Positions 15,056 through 28,199 of a stretch of DNA of 64,000 nucleotides are shown here, piece by piece. A program made the position numbers and the translations under genes. The DNA comes from Octopus bimaculoides (Eukaryota): the NCBI RefSeq assembly GCF_001194135.2, contig NC_068983.1:50463792-50527791 (forward strand), written 5' to 3'. Each line of letters starts with the position of its first letter. The stretch's first letter is position 1. The notes under the pieces were generated by a model. That model saw nothing but the letters and a program-made list of their open reading frames with translations. It was not told the origin of the DNA and ran no database searches.

Positions 15056-15805
15056 ATCCATTGTATGGAAGAAAGTAATACGAAGAGAATCGTAATTTCA
15101 TCACTGTTAACAACGACAGTGATAGCATCAATGATATAAACGCCATATATATATATTTAAACCGTTACTTACCTTTTACATTAATGTAACTCCAACCCTG
15201 GTTAGCATAGATCTAATATACTATTCTTACATTACTAAATGGAACCTGATTATATAATAGATGTGAAACTTAGTAGATAGTCGCCTTTTAACCACGTTCA
15301 TTATATTTTTATTCTCCTATCTTTTAAGAAGTGTATCAATAGATTTACTCGACTAATAATACAGACTTAGTAAAAGGAAAAACAAATCAAACGAAAAATA
15401 GAAACGAAATATCCGATAGACGTAAACAGAAACATACACAAAGGAAAAACATCTACATAAAGAAAATGAGAGAGAGAAAGAGAGAGGGAGAAAAAAAAGA
15501 TGCGCACGAACTTTGTACAAACATATCCACTGAAAAGAAAATGGCCACTCTTATCTCAAAATTTGGCTTATCAATTAAGAATTAAGTTTTTCTCTTCATT
15601 TAATATCACAAGTAAAGAAATTTATCAAGAATAATTGATGACTTATTGTAAAACATTAATGTCACTTCGTGAACTTATGTTCTTTTCTGATTTTCCAACT
15701 TTTATTTAAGTTTGGCTGTAACTTCAGTTTAATACTAAAATAATATAAAACATATATTTTATGCTACTACGTTTTAATATTCACAAAATAATATTTAAGG
15801 GAACT

Positions 15806-16017
15806 TAAGACGGCGAGCTGGCAGAAACGTTAGCATGCCGGGCGAAATGCTTAGCGGTATTTCGTCCGCCGTTACGTTCTGAGTTCAAATTCCACTGAGG
15901 TCTACTTTGCCTTTCATCCTTTCAAGGTCGATAATTTAAGTACCAATTGCGTAATGAGGTCGGTCAAATCGACTAGCCCCCCCCCATTTCAGGCCTTGTG
16001 CCAAGAGCAGAAAACAG
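15806..16017 (+). mobile_element. tRNA-derived SINE, family A, near full length
   Basis: A-box-like TGGCAGAAACG and B-box-like GAGTTCAAATTCC. Perfect 14-bp TSD TATTTAAGGGAACT (15792-15805 and 16018-16031). Confidence 0.9.
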
Positions 16018-17220
16018 TATTTAAGGGAACTGATTTTATATTATTCCTCAAATCCTTTCTTTATATAGTTATAGCTTATATTGGTGTCGTGTAGACGCCC
16101 CCAGGCGAAGAAGTAGGATCTTCCAAGACATAAATAGAGGTAGTCTAGCCGTGGTAGGGGTGTTGAGTAGCGGTTGAGTAGCAGTTGTGTAGTGGTTGAA
16201 TAGAGATCATTCGAAGGTGCTAGATTGCAGTAGCTTTAGACATAACAATTGGGAAACTTACATTTCGATGATGTGAGTATTTGAAGGAAATATCAAGGTG
16301 GAAAATGTTCTTATCAGTTCCATTGGCAGTATTACATTATCCATCCATAAAATAATTAAATCTCTTCAGCTCAGTCAAACATGTACAAACAGTCGTTATC
16401 AAAATAAATAGATATGTCTTCAAAACATACGTCTCGATGTTCAGTGAATCTCAATATTTCACCTAAAAGAGTGATTGTAGCTATTTGTCCAACAAAAACA
16501 CATTACTGGATTAGTTTCCCTTCAGGTATAAGACGGTTTGGCACATTCACTTGGTGTCATCTATTTCATGTCTCTTGCTAATTTGCCGTGAAAATCTTTA
16601 ATGATTCTCTTGTTTTGCTGTCTCGCTCTTTTTCTCTCATTCTCTCTATCTTTTCCTCTCTATCAATTTCTCTCTCTTTCTCTCTCATTTTTACTCTCTC
16701 TCATTCTGCTTGTGCACGTGAGCATATTTCTGAATTCGTAGAATGAGAGGAACAATGATTCGCCAATCGCGTGGATTTGTTGCCACTGTAGCGTCATTGT
16801 TTTCCTTAGTCTCACCAGTCTCTGGCTAATGAGACATGATGATGTGTAAACTTCGGTTCTTCCAGAGACACTAGCACTGAGCGTTGTTCTCCTGTGACGA
16901 AACATAGAAGAGATTGCATTATTCCCATTTGAATATGAATTGACATACAAAATATAATAACCAATCGTCATCCCTTTCTCTCTACCTCCCTCTTATACAC
17001 AAATATATATATACATATATATATATATATTTATACACACACGCACACACACGTACACATACATACACACATACACACACACACGCACACCCACATATAT
17101 ATATGTATATATATCTTTAAATGTACTTTTACACTATCACAATTACACACAAAAATGCAAAATATATATATACATGTAAATAGATGTGTGTGCATATATG
17201 TATGTATGCCACCTACACTT

Positions 17221-17275
<55 letters not shown>

Positions 17276-18080
17276 ACATATACACTGAACGTAGAAACAT
17301 GTGGCAATGAAGGAAAATGCTCACCACCCAACCACAACATACGTACATACATACATACATATATGCACATACTCACACTTTAACACTCACATGTACACAC
17401 ACAATCTAACACAGACAGACATATAAGTTTGAGATAAATAGCTGGTTAGATAGATAGATAAATAGACAATGTGTGTGCGTGTTTGTGTGACGAAACGTTG
17501 TGCAAAACGTATGAAATTCAGTAATGCGTCAACGCAGCAAATTTATCAATATCCCGTAATGTTTTTTTGTTTAACAATAAACCGCAGTGTATCAGTACCG
17601 TCAATCTATAAATATATTTACTTTGTTGAATATCGCAATTATGTTTATAGGTTACAGATTTTATCTATCTCCTTATTTCCAGACATTTTGAATTCGATAT
17701 ATTCTGATTATACTTTGAAAGCATCGAAATGCAAAATCATTAATTTTTGTGAATTTTGTTTATAAAAATTTGACATTTAATCTCCTTTGAATATAAATTC
17801 ATAATTCTGCTTCAGATAGAGCAGGAACTTCTATTTTTGTTGGAAACTTAATGTTTGACATCGAATCATTTCTGGTTTTCATTATTTTTTCACCATAGTT
17901 AATAAACTTTATTCATGCAGGGTTGTTCGTCACTATTACGCTTTCTAAAATACCACGAAATATATGCATTTTTGAATGTATAAATATTAGTTTACATGTA
18001 ATCAAGAACACAGTAAAGTATTCCTAGAAATGCACTGTAAACTTATTCTGGTTCAATATTTTATGTAGTGTAATGTAATA

Positions 18081-18293
18081 AAGGTGGCGATTTGGTAGAA
18101 TCGTTTGTATGCCTGGCGAAATACTTAGCGGCATTTCATCCGACCTTTTGTTCTGAGTTCAAATTCTGTCGAGGTCGAATTTCCTTTTCATCCTTTCAGC
18201 TCGATGAAGTAAGTTTTAGTTGACCACTGGGTCAATGCAATCCACTTACCCGCTCCCCGAAATTGCCGGCCTTGAGCCAAAATTTAAAATCAG
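18081..18293 (+). mobile_element. SINE family A, first of a tandem pair
   Basis: Homologous to 15806-16017, including the head, GAGTTCAAATTC and the GGCCTTGAGCCAAAA tail. Confidence 0.8.
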
Positions 18294-18308
18294 TATTTTA
18301 CTTAATGT

Positions 18309-18494
18309 GAAGGGCAGCGAACTGAGATACTCAGTAGGACGACGGGCAAAATGCATAGCGTTATTTCGTTCGTCTTCAAATTTTTAATTCATCCTCCCGT
18401 GAAGTCGACTTTCCATTTCATCCGTTCGAGGTCGATGAGATAAGTACCAGTTGAACGGCGAAACTGCTAGCCTTGTGCCAATATTTGAAAGCGA
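18309..18494 (+). mobile_element. SINE family A, second of a tandem pair
   Basis: Diverged head and GTCGACTTTCCATTTCATCC body. Degenerate TSD TATTTTACTTAATGT / TATTTCATTTAATGT. Confidence 0.7.
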
Positions 18495-21487
18495 TATTTC
18501 ATTTAATGTGCAAGAAGTATTCGTTACGATAAAAGCTATTATTTGTACGGTTTTAGTGCACATATCATAATCGTTGTATGGCAATGAATAAAGTAAACTT
18601 AGATACACACAATGACAGACAAAATTCATTGGAATAGTGAAAATGTAGGGGAAGATGCAAAGTCCAGATCAATTGTAGTAGAGGGTATACAAATAAAACC
18701 AGTCCGATTATCCGACAGTCTGGTTTATTGAGAAAGACCTGTGTGGTCACATTTCTATTGTGAATGTCGACAGTTCTTTTACATTCTTGCTTCGTCATTT
18801 ATTTCTGTCTTGAGTATGATTTTCGAGCGTCTCAAAGCATAGCTCATTGCTTACTGCATAGCCATGTTCCAGAAAATCTAGGTAATCGACGCCGCTGTCA
18901 ACCCACTAAACAGTCACCAAAGCATTATTAGGTGATCGCTAGCTCTTGAAATTGTTAAAGCTAGTAAATGAGGTGTGACGCTATTTCACCAATGAATATT
19001 TGTTTAATAATAAACGATGTTTCCACATTACATCCATTGTCATGAGACCGGAAAAATTGTGTCTACATTGTTTTAGCATATTTCTAAAAATCAGACCAGA
19101 ATATTCTCCTTCTTCAAATCAGCTGTCAGCCGCTGATGTACCAACTATGAATGTAATTTTCCTTACCCAAGTTCCTGCGTCCTCTCTAATGCATAATAAT
19201 TATAGTTATAATGATGCTAATTTAATAAAAGTATGTAAAGCATGTTCTCGATTGTGACATTCTATATGCATGAATCATTATTTCGATATGAGTTCGAAAC
19301 GGTTGCAGTGGTTGGTGGTCACGCACTGCGTTGTTTTTATTCAATACCAGACTTCTGAAGATATTCATTTAACTGTGAATGTACGTCTACTGAATGTTGT
19401 GAATTCTGTAAATGGACTGTGGCCGTCCCTCCTCAGCAACTCAACAGTGGCATCGTGCTTCTGATTAGACACCACACTTACATACATTAAGTGACACAAC
19501 GCATATGTTTAATATACATCTAAAATTAAAAACAAATGTATAGCTATCAATAAGCATATACATGTACACACGAACGTAGGCTCACTTTCGCACATACAAC
19601 AATCTTCAATTCTACTTTCATCTCTCTTTGAATCGGGCATTTTTATTTTCCTCTTTCACTAAATTGCACATACAACTGTCGTGGAGATTGTTGTAAAAAC
19701 ACGTTATACATAACTTTCCCTTTTACCAGTCCTCCGCAGTACAACAGGAGATCTCTAATATATTCCTTTTTATATCCACCCCAGGTTAAACTACTGTACG
19801 TGTGCGGAAAATGTCTGAAGTTATCCCTTTAGAAACTTACAAAAATTATTTGTCTTTGAATTTTACATGAATTCTAACGCAGGCATTGCCATACTCACAT
19901 GCATTAATAAATAGATGAATAGATAGATGCATATGTGTGAGTGTGGCGGGGGTGTACGAACAACAAATGCTTTCCTCTTTCTTTCCGTCACTTGGCCTTT
20001 CTCCTCTTGCTTCTGGTTCATACAGTATGTTCTCTCTCAGTGAAGTAACTTTGCCACGTATCAATCGCCTCCTCTATATCTTGTTTGCATGAAGCTTCTT
20101 GCTAGTCGTGTTTAACATAGAGCGATGTACAAACATCAAATGTCGTCTCCAGTCAGGCATATTTCGATGTTAAGTGACTGAAGTACACTTTATAGACTTA
20201 TCAAATAGATTACAAATGATTTATCTAAGATGATAGTTGTTTGAATCACGCTTAAAGTAGTGTTTTACTACCAAAGTACTATACTTTTACAACGAAAAAA
20301 TGTTTTATGTTTTCTACATTTTCATCAAACCTGCTAAGAAGAGTAACGTTTTCATCGTCAGATAACAGTCTTACATCATGTAGTAATTTCCAGAATCTTG
20401 TAGTTTTAATTCATCCTCAGGCAGAAACAACGTGACAAACAGCATGACAAGGCTGGTCTTTTGAATTACAGCTACAGATTGTTAGGTTCCAAGGTTGTTT
20501 TGGTGAACAATTCTTAATTCTAAAATACAATTCATATGAGATTGGTAAGTCAGAACAAAATGAACAAATACGTATTGCTGTCTATTTCACTTTCATAACA
20601 AATATTTTATTGAGAACGTTTAATCCGTATCGTTTAACCAGATTGAAATATACCGAGTATTGATTTATAGATCTCATGCCGTCTAACACTATTGAAATAT
20701 ATTTGATTAATTTATTCAGGAAGCTGTTTGTTTCACTGTTACCGACAGTGATTCCATTGAGTTATGTAAACTTATGATACATCACAGTTAGACATAAGCT
20801 CAGTGGAGTGCTATAGTCGCATCTATTGAATATTAGTTGAGAAGAATTTAAAATTATATGGCGAGATTACTGCTGGAAACTGTTTGTTACTATGCTTTTG
20901 GTAACCTTTGATGATTTGAATTTGGAATTGAAATAAACGACTTCACTCAAGATTTCCAATCGCAGTTTCAGCTGCTCTGTTTGTACAATGTATTGCATAG
21001 CCGTGTTTGATAAATGTGCTGATTCGAGAATCAATAGTTGACTAGAAATCCTATATGGTAATTCTACTATCCTTCCAAAAATATAGCAAATATATTTATC
21101 GGTTTGATAATAATACTAAATGTACCTATATATATATTTTTGAGGTATTATAAGCAATAAGCTTGATTTTGAATTATACAGTAGAAAGAACATTATGATG
21201 AAATATTTTAAAGAAATATAATAAAAGTATACAAAGTTTTATTTCGGACCTCATTATGACATTGAATATGTGATATTAATGTTAACGATCGCTTTGAATT
21301 TTATATGCATATATATATAAATAATGAACGTGGCTGGAAGAGATTAAAAAGCCAAAAGGAAATAATTCCCCGTCACTAAATGTGACCAAGGGTGCAGTAA
21401 CAATAGGAGTCTGAGGGCTCCTTGACTTCAATTTCTAGCAATGCTGATGCAGTTGTCCCCTTCGTCACTTTTAGTGACGGTGAATTC

Positions 21488-21520
<33 letters not shown>

Positions 21521-21789
21521 ATATGTGTTTCTNNNNNNNNNNTGTGTGTGTGTGTCTGTGTGTATTGTTCTATTTCGGGATGGTCATTTTGTTTCTTGCA
21601 TTGTACACACATGCACTGTTGGACATTTTGATCAGGGTCCGTATGATCATAGAGAGGAAATAGGAGATTCTGTGGTTACTGGAAACTTTGGCAAGAAAAG
21701 ACCACCCCGAAATATAACAATATCCTTATCAAACTGTTTAGATCCATACATGGACCACCCAATAAATGTGTTGAGTGCATTTCTTTCGT

Positions 21790-21913
21790 TTGTCCATTCA
21801 CAAGGCTTTGGTCGACCCGAGGCTATATTAGAAGACACTTACCCAATATGCCATGCACTGGGACTGAACCCGGAACCATGTGGCTCGTAAGCAAGCTACT
21901 TACCACACAGTCA
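21790..21913 (-). mobile_element. tRNA-derived SINE, family B (head and 5' body)
   Basis: Reverse complement reads GTGACTGTGTGGTAAGTAGCTTGCTTACGAGCCACATGGTTCCGGGTTCAGTCCCAGTGCATGGC, an A/B-box tRNA-like head matching 47375-47753. Confidence 0.8.
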
Positions 21914-22140
21914 CGGCCATGACCTAGTGAGTAGGGAGCACGAGGTCATGGCGTCAGTTCATAGACCGGGTGGTGCGTTGTGTTCTTGAGCAAAACACTT
22001 CATCACATGTTGTTATAATATCACTTTGACACCTGACCCGTGATACACTAGGCACTTTTCAGGCAACGTTGATTTGATGAAGGGTTTGAGCTAATGTAAA
22101 TCACCACTATTTGATCATTATAAGCAAATCACCTTTGGAG
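21914..22140 (+). mobile_element. tRNA-derived SINE, third family (GTGTTCTTGAGCAAAACACTT core)
   Basis: tRNA-like head followed by TTGTGTTCTTGAGCAAAACACTT, which resembles the conserved TGTGTCCTTGGGCAAGACACTT core of many metazoan SINEs. Confidence 0.55.
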
Positions 22141-22679
22141 GTCATTCTACAAAAAGCTGTACAATCATGCATCATTCCCCAACTTAATGCAGTTACAGAG
22201 AAAAAGACTGAGATATAAATAAATGTGTTTATGCTTTCTCATCACCATTCTTGAAACGGTCTTCCATCAAAAAATGATCACTCCCTGCATATTTAGCTCA
22301 TTGTGCATTGCTCTAACGATAATTATTTTGAGAAACTCGCTCTTATATTATGCAAAATTAAAACTGAAGCGATAACAACTGGAAATGCGTATTTCCTAAC
22401 AAGATTTTAATTTACGAGAAAATGCAAATAAATTCGTTGTCCCAACCCACTACATTTTCCATTGTCGATTCTTCTTTGTAATTATTTTCCTACAGTTCGT
22501 GTTGCAACGCTCTACAAAAGACAAATCGTTTCCCTCGAAAATTATCAAGTTTGATATCGATATAATAACGGTCCTCCAGCATGGTCACAGCCATTGGTTT
22601 GTAAGATAAAAGAATAAAAAAAAGAAATAAGTAGATGAGGTAATTTGTGTTGTATATCGTTTTACCCTTTATTAAGGCC

Positions 22680-22859
22680 CCACCATCAGTTGACAAGCGA
22701 TGGTGGGGGTACAGAGGCTATAATGGAAGTGACTTGTCAAAGATGCCACGCAGTAAGACTGAACTCGGAACCATGTAAGTACGGAGCAAACATTTTACCA
22801 CACATCAATGCCTGCGCATCCACACACATCCACACCAGTGCCTGTGTCATCTTGTGTTA
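22680..22859 (-). repeat. 180-bp inverted duplicate of 25581-25760 (SINE family B head plus unique flank)
   Basis: By-eye alignment shows 5 mismatches in 180 bp and includes about 42 bp of non-SINE flank. Confidence 0.9.
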
Positions 22860-23807
22860 ACTGCCATAAGGAAGGCCGTAAGACATGGCCCGACTGGAGA
22901 CTTGCCCGTTCCTCTGCAGCGTAGGTAATGTCTTTGATGCACACACTGCCTTTCACAATGTGTGAAACCAGACGACACTCTAAATTTATACTTTGAATCA
23001 ACAGCTGTCTGAATTACTTCCGCAAAAATTTGAGCTAACGACTTTCATTCACAATGTGAGAGACGAAGCCTGCCCAAAGCAATGTATTTATACGGTACTT
23101 ACGATCTTAACTAATTTACACTCAGCCAATCTTACTGTATAGCTAATATAGTGACATCAATGTTGATAAAATGATAAAGAGTTTATTAAAATTCTGTTAG
23201 AAGTAATCAACGTTACACTGTTAACATAAAGTCACTAGTTTCAACTAAGTGTAACCATTTGAATTTTGTTTTGTATTAAAACAGGAAATGTTGGCGATTG
23301 TCCTACAGGATATACGTAAATTAGAGAAGCTAATGGAAATGTTAACGTAGGTAATTTTATACTTATGTGTGTGTGTGTGTCACAAAGAGAGTGTGTGTGT
23401 GTGCGCGCGCGTATACAAATATGCCTATATATATTCACACGTATACATATATATATACATCTATTTCATGTGCGTGTGTGTGTATGAGTGTGTGTGCTTA
23501 TAATATAAACTTATATATATATATCTATACTATATATAAAACAGAGATGTGTGTGTAATCGCTTTTCACGTGAAATCGACTTCACCAAATTCTTCCATAC
23601 TTGTAATGCATGAATAATTTGACCTCGGATAAATCTTAGGCTCTTCATTTGATTTTTTTAATTAAAAATAAATAATATTGCTTTATATTTAAGATTCACT
23701 TCTTTAAAAAGGTTCCTCAATGTCAACTTCCGGTATTGACGTAACAACCGCAAAAAGCTTCACTTTCTATTTTCTGTGTGAGTGTGTGTATGAGAGAGAG
23801 AGAGAGA

Positions 23808-24407
23808 GAGTAAATACTACATACACACCGCTCTCTCACTCTGTCTCACACACATACACACGAACACACACACACCTTGACTCACTCACACTGTGTCTCT
23901 TACAAGCACACACATACATAAATGTATACAAACATATTCACAAAGACACACGTGTGTATGCGCACGCGTGCGTGTTTGTAAGATACATAGTGTGAGTGAG
24001 TCAAGGGCTGTGTTGTCATATGCATACATTCAAAGATGTATGTATATTTATGCATGTACGTATACGTGACAACAAACCTCTCTCTCACTCACACTCCGTC
24101 TCNNNNNNNNNNGAGTAAATACTACATACACACCGCTCTCTCACTCTGTCTCACACACATACACACGAACACACACACACCTTGACTCACTCACACTGTG
24201 TCTCTTACAAGCACACACATACATAAATGTATACAAACATATTCACAAAGACACACGTGTGTATGCGCACGCGTGCGTGTTTGTAAGATACATAGTGTGA
24301 GTGAGTCAAGGGCTGTGTTGTCATATGCATACATTCAAAGATGTATGTATATTTATGCATGTACGTATACGTGACAACAAACCTCTCTCTCACTCACACT
24401 CCGTCTC
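23808..24407. other. 295-bp direct duplication across a 10-N gap (probable assembly artefact)
   Basis: 23808-24102 and 24113-24407 appear identical and abut a placeholder 10-N gap. Confidence 0.85.
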
Positions 24408-24564
24408 TTACAAACACACACATACACACATGTATACAAACATATTTACAAAGACACACATGTGTATGCGTGCGCGCGTGCGTGCTTGGGAGGGGGCTCC
24501 ACAATCGCCATTTATTTAAATTACTCTTGTGAGGATATTCACGTAAATCATTTATTTTCATTTA

Positions 24565-24864
24565 ATCATCATCATCATCATCATCGTTTAACGTCCGCTT
24601 TCCATTCTAGCATGGGTTGGGTGATTTGACTGAGGACTGGTGAAACCGGATGGCAACACCAGGCTCCAATCTAATTTGGCAGAGTTTCTACACTTGGATG
24701 CCCTTCCTAAGGCCAACCACTCAGAGAATGTAGTGGGTGTTTTTACGTGTCACCCGCACGAAGGCCAGTCAGGCGGTACTGGCAACGGCCACGCTCGAAA
24801 TGGTGTATTTTATGTGCCACCCGCACAAGAGCCAGTCCAAGGGCACTGGCAACGATCCCCATTT
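24565..24864 (-). mobile_element. 3' end of a retroposon with an (ATG)n tail (RTE-type LINE/SINE tail)
   Basis: (CAT)n tail then CGTTTAACGTCCGCTTTCC and a GGATGCCCTTCCTAAGGCCAACC motif, with an internal ~55-bp repeat (CACCCGCAC..GCCAGTC..ACTGGCAACG). Truncated by a gap. Confidence 0.6.
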
Positions 24865-25204
24865 NNNNNNNNNNNNNNNNNNNNNNNNNNNNNNNNNNNN
24901 NNNNNNNNNNNNNNNNNNNNNNNNNNNNNNNNNNNNNNNNNNNNNNNNNNNNNNNNNNNNNNNNNNNNNNNNNNNNNNNNNNNNNNNNNNNNNNNNNNNN
25001 NNNNNNNNNNNNNNNNNNNNNNNNNNNNNNNNNNNNNNNNNNNNNNNNNNNNNNNNNNNNNNNNNNNNNNNNNNNNNNNNNNNNNNNNNNNNNNNNNNNN
25101 NNNNNNNNNNNNNNNNNNNNNNNNNNNNNNNNNNNNNNNNNNNNNNNNNNNNNNNNNNNNNNNNNNNNNNNNNNNNNNNNNNNNNNNNNNNNNNNNNNNN
25201 NATA

Positions 25205-25241
<37 letters not shown>

Positions 25242-25622
25242 TCACACGTATGTATACATATATATAATTCATACGTATGCATGTTTCCGTGTTTGTGTGT
25301 GTATGTGTGTGTTTTGTGTGTATGTGCGTTTTTGTGTATGTGCGTTTCTGTGTATGTGTGTGGTGTGTATGTGCAAGTATGTGTGTGTGTGTGTGTATGT
25401 GTGAGTGTGTATGCATATATTAGGAAAATGTTGCTTCAAACAGATGTAATTTTTTGAAATGCACATAATGCCGTGGTGGAATTGCATTCTTGGATGAGTT
25501 CTTATTTCTTCCCAAAGAAAATGCTACGCCGTTATTTTATATCTCTATTCAAAAAATCCTTAACAATCCAATTGATGAGATAACACAAGATGACACAGGC
25601 ACTGGTGTGGATGTGTGTGGAT

Positions 25623-25905
25623 GCGCAGGCATTGATGTGTGGTAAAATGTTTGCTCCGTACTTACATGGTTCCGAGTTCAGTCTTACTGCTTGGCATCTT
25701 TGACAAGTCACTTCCATTATAGCTTCTGTACCCCCACCATCGATTGTCAACTGTTGTTGGTTTGTTTACGTCCCTGTAACTTAGCGATAGGATAAGTACT
25801 AGGCTTACAAAGAATTAGTCCTGGGGGTCGAGTTGTTCGACTAAATGGTGGTGCTTTAGCATCGCCGCAGTCATTTGACTGCAGCAAGTAAGAGAATAAA
25901 AGAAC
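25623..25905 (+). mobile_element. SINE family B, internally deleted copy
   Basis: tRNA-like head, then the ..GTTTACGTCCCTGTAACTTAGCG..GATAAGTACTAGGCTTACAAAGAA..CAGTCATTTGACTG tail matching 47375-47753. Confidence 0.85.
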
Positions 25906-25929
25906 AAAAGATTATATTAAATATATTGG

Positions 25930-26130
25930 TGGGGACTTGAGTGTTTCTGACTCTGTGTTTGACCCTCGCCACTGGTTGCTAAACGGTTTAGCTGCGCTTG
26001 CATCCCGATAACTTCGTGGAGATACAAACCGATAAAATAAGTACAGCGGTCGATTCATTCAGCTATGAATTCATCACGGCTGTGTCCCTGCGTGACCGTA
26101 GCTAAATGACTAAATTAAGTAAAAGTTAAA
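25930..26130 (+). mobile_element. SINE family B, old 3' half
   Basis: Diverged ACCGATAAAATAAGTAC..CGGTCGATT..CCGTAGCTAAATGACTAAA..AAGTAAAAG tail. Confidence 0.55.
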
Positions 26131-27069
26131 AGATATATTTTCCGGCTTTGCATAAAGACATTCCTTATACATCTGGGTTTTAAATCCATGCCTTCGTCAG
26201 ATCACCTGAAGACATGACTTTTTAACGGAAACTAAAAATTATATAACAGAAATATATAGTGCATGTGAACCGATGAGATATTACGTCAAGTTTGTTTGAC
26301 CCGCGTATGGGGATATATAATACGAATACATAAATTGGGTTTCCACATAAATTTATTTTTGCTTCTGAAAGAAACCGAGAAACATTATAATAAATATCTC
26401 ACATTGATAAATGTGAAAAACAAAATTTTGAGAGAATGATTTATATACGATGTATTCATACACATGAAGCATTATTATGACACTGCAGTCTATTGCAATA
26501 TCACTCCTGATCTATCTTCCAGATGCTCATAGCACGGTATAAGCATGAATAAAGTTAGAGCTCTAAAGTAGAATTATGATAAATAGCTCTAAATGATACA
26601 CTTTATTCTTTCAAAGTTAAATGCTATGACTGTAGATACTAAAAACTACTCTGTAAGGTTGACCGATACTTCCAAGTGTTCAGTACAGCGATGGTTGTAT
26701 ATGTAGTTAAACAATATATGTCTCCGGCTAGTCTTACTCGAAACCATGTGTAACATTATTTACACTTCTACAAAGTAATCCGTCGCAGTCATCGCAATAG
26801 TGAGACTCGTATTTCCTAGCCAATGGAAATTCCAATTAAAGGATGCTTCTGACAACTTGTTTTCATATCAACAGAAAAATATATGTGGCATTGTGTATAT
26901 TTATCATCCGTTTGTACGCATATAAATATTTAAAAATATACAATCACTCAAGCACAAAACACATCTCAATGTTTATCTGTACGTTATATCTATCTATCCC
27001 CAATATATCATCAACAATTTACCCTCTACAAGTATTCATCAATGATCTGGACTTGTTTTCATCGTTACG

Positions 27070-27212
27070 TTGCGGTGATGCTGGGGCATCACGTACAAAA
27101 CTTTTGGACCCAATGTATTGATCCTAGTACTTATTTCATCTAAAGTCTGGTTCTTATTCTATCGGTGTCTTATGCCGAATCTCCATGTTACGGGGACTTG
27201 TTATCAAGCGAT
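27070..27212 (-). mobile_element. SINE family B 3' fragment
   Basis: GATGCTGGGGCATC..CCTAGTACTTATT..TTATTCTATCGGTGTCTTATGCCGAA..TTACGGGGAC, collinear with 47400-47530. Confidence 0.6.
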
Positions 27213-27224
27213 GATTTTTTACTA

Positions 27225-27590
27225 CACTGTCATGTCTGTGCTTATACCCCTTTTCTGCTAGCATAATGTGATTGCTACTTTCATTTCCTTTCTTGCAGAC
27301 GATACATATACTGGCTGACTGAGATTTGTCAATTTGTTCATCACATGTTTTCTAATGGCTTGTTTTAGAGCGTTTCTGCCTCTCGTTTCAAGTTCCCGTC
27401 CCTCCATCGGAGCCAGTAGTCTCTAATTCCCAATTCTCGGTTTGTTGCATGAATTGTCCATGGGGTTCCATTTCGTTCAGTCTATTTTACCCCTTGTTCT
27501 GTTTTGCCCTGAATTCTAATATCTCTGTCACATTTTGTGCATCTCTGGTTGCTGAGACCATTCTTTTTTTGCTCTGTACACGAAATTCAA
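27225..27590 (-). mobile_element. R4/Dong-like (RLE) LINE fragment, zinc-knuckle region (frameshifted)
   Basis: Translation across frameshifts gives HGQFMQQTE..WLRWRDGNLKREAETL..QAIRKH..IDKSQSASICIVCKKGNESSNHI..LAEKGYKHRHDSV. Confidence 0.75.
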
Positions 27591-27606
27591 CTCCATACTT
27601 TAAAGA

Positions 27607-27785
27607 GCGTCTTCTACTATAGCCTCACGCCGATCAAAGCCTGGTGAGTGGATTTCATAGACGGAAACTGAAAAGAAGCTCCTTGTCTGCATATATATTT
27701 ATGTGGTGTGGCTGCGCCTCTGTGTTTGTGCCCTCATCACCTTCGCTTGACAACTGATGTTGGGGTATTTGCTGCGTATCCCATC
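27607..27785 (+). mobile_element. SINE family B, central fragment
   Basis: TCTTCTACTATAGCCTC..GTGAGTGGATTTCATAGACGGAAACTGAAAAGAAGC..CGCTTGACAACTGATGTTGG. Confidence 0.75.
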
Positions 27786-28199
27786 TTCCGTTTAAATCAT
27801 AGCATTTGTATTATGATTCCCCGAGGAATTCACTTTGAACAGGACTTACCTCACTTGTGGCACTTTTTCAATGTACACCGTGCAGAAACTGCAATGCTAG
27901 TTTTCTAGGAGTCAGAATTAGAGGTTAATAGTACTCTTATATCCGTCTAAAGGCCACAATAAGCGGCTGAAGAAATATATGTTTGAATGGAAGATATTTT
28001 TCTGCAATATGCTGGTATCTTTCGTGTAACACTTTTGAAATGCCAACGGAATTTCAGTGCCAGTTAATCACTACAGAAATTCTGTCACATATTGTACTTT
28101 GCTTTCTAAAATTATGCGAGAAATTTTGACTTTCTTTGCTAATCTTAGCTATGTCATTTTCAGTTTCCTTTAATCGTGATTCTCTCTAACCACATTTGT

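Noticed and set aside
15806-15890. tRNA gene (A/B boxes) in SINE heads
   Set aside because: No cloverleaf can be formed and the heads continue into SINE bodies with TSDs. The same applies to all such copies.
23808-24407. 295-bp perfect tandem duplication
   Set aside because: The identical copies abut a 10-N placeholder gap, typical of unmerged contig overlap.
27277-27370. Strong splice acceptor (ACTTTCATTTCCTTTCTTGCAG) on the + strand
   Set aside because: It is the antisense of a Dong-like LINE coding region, and all frames close within about 25 codons.
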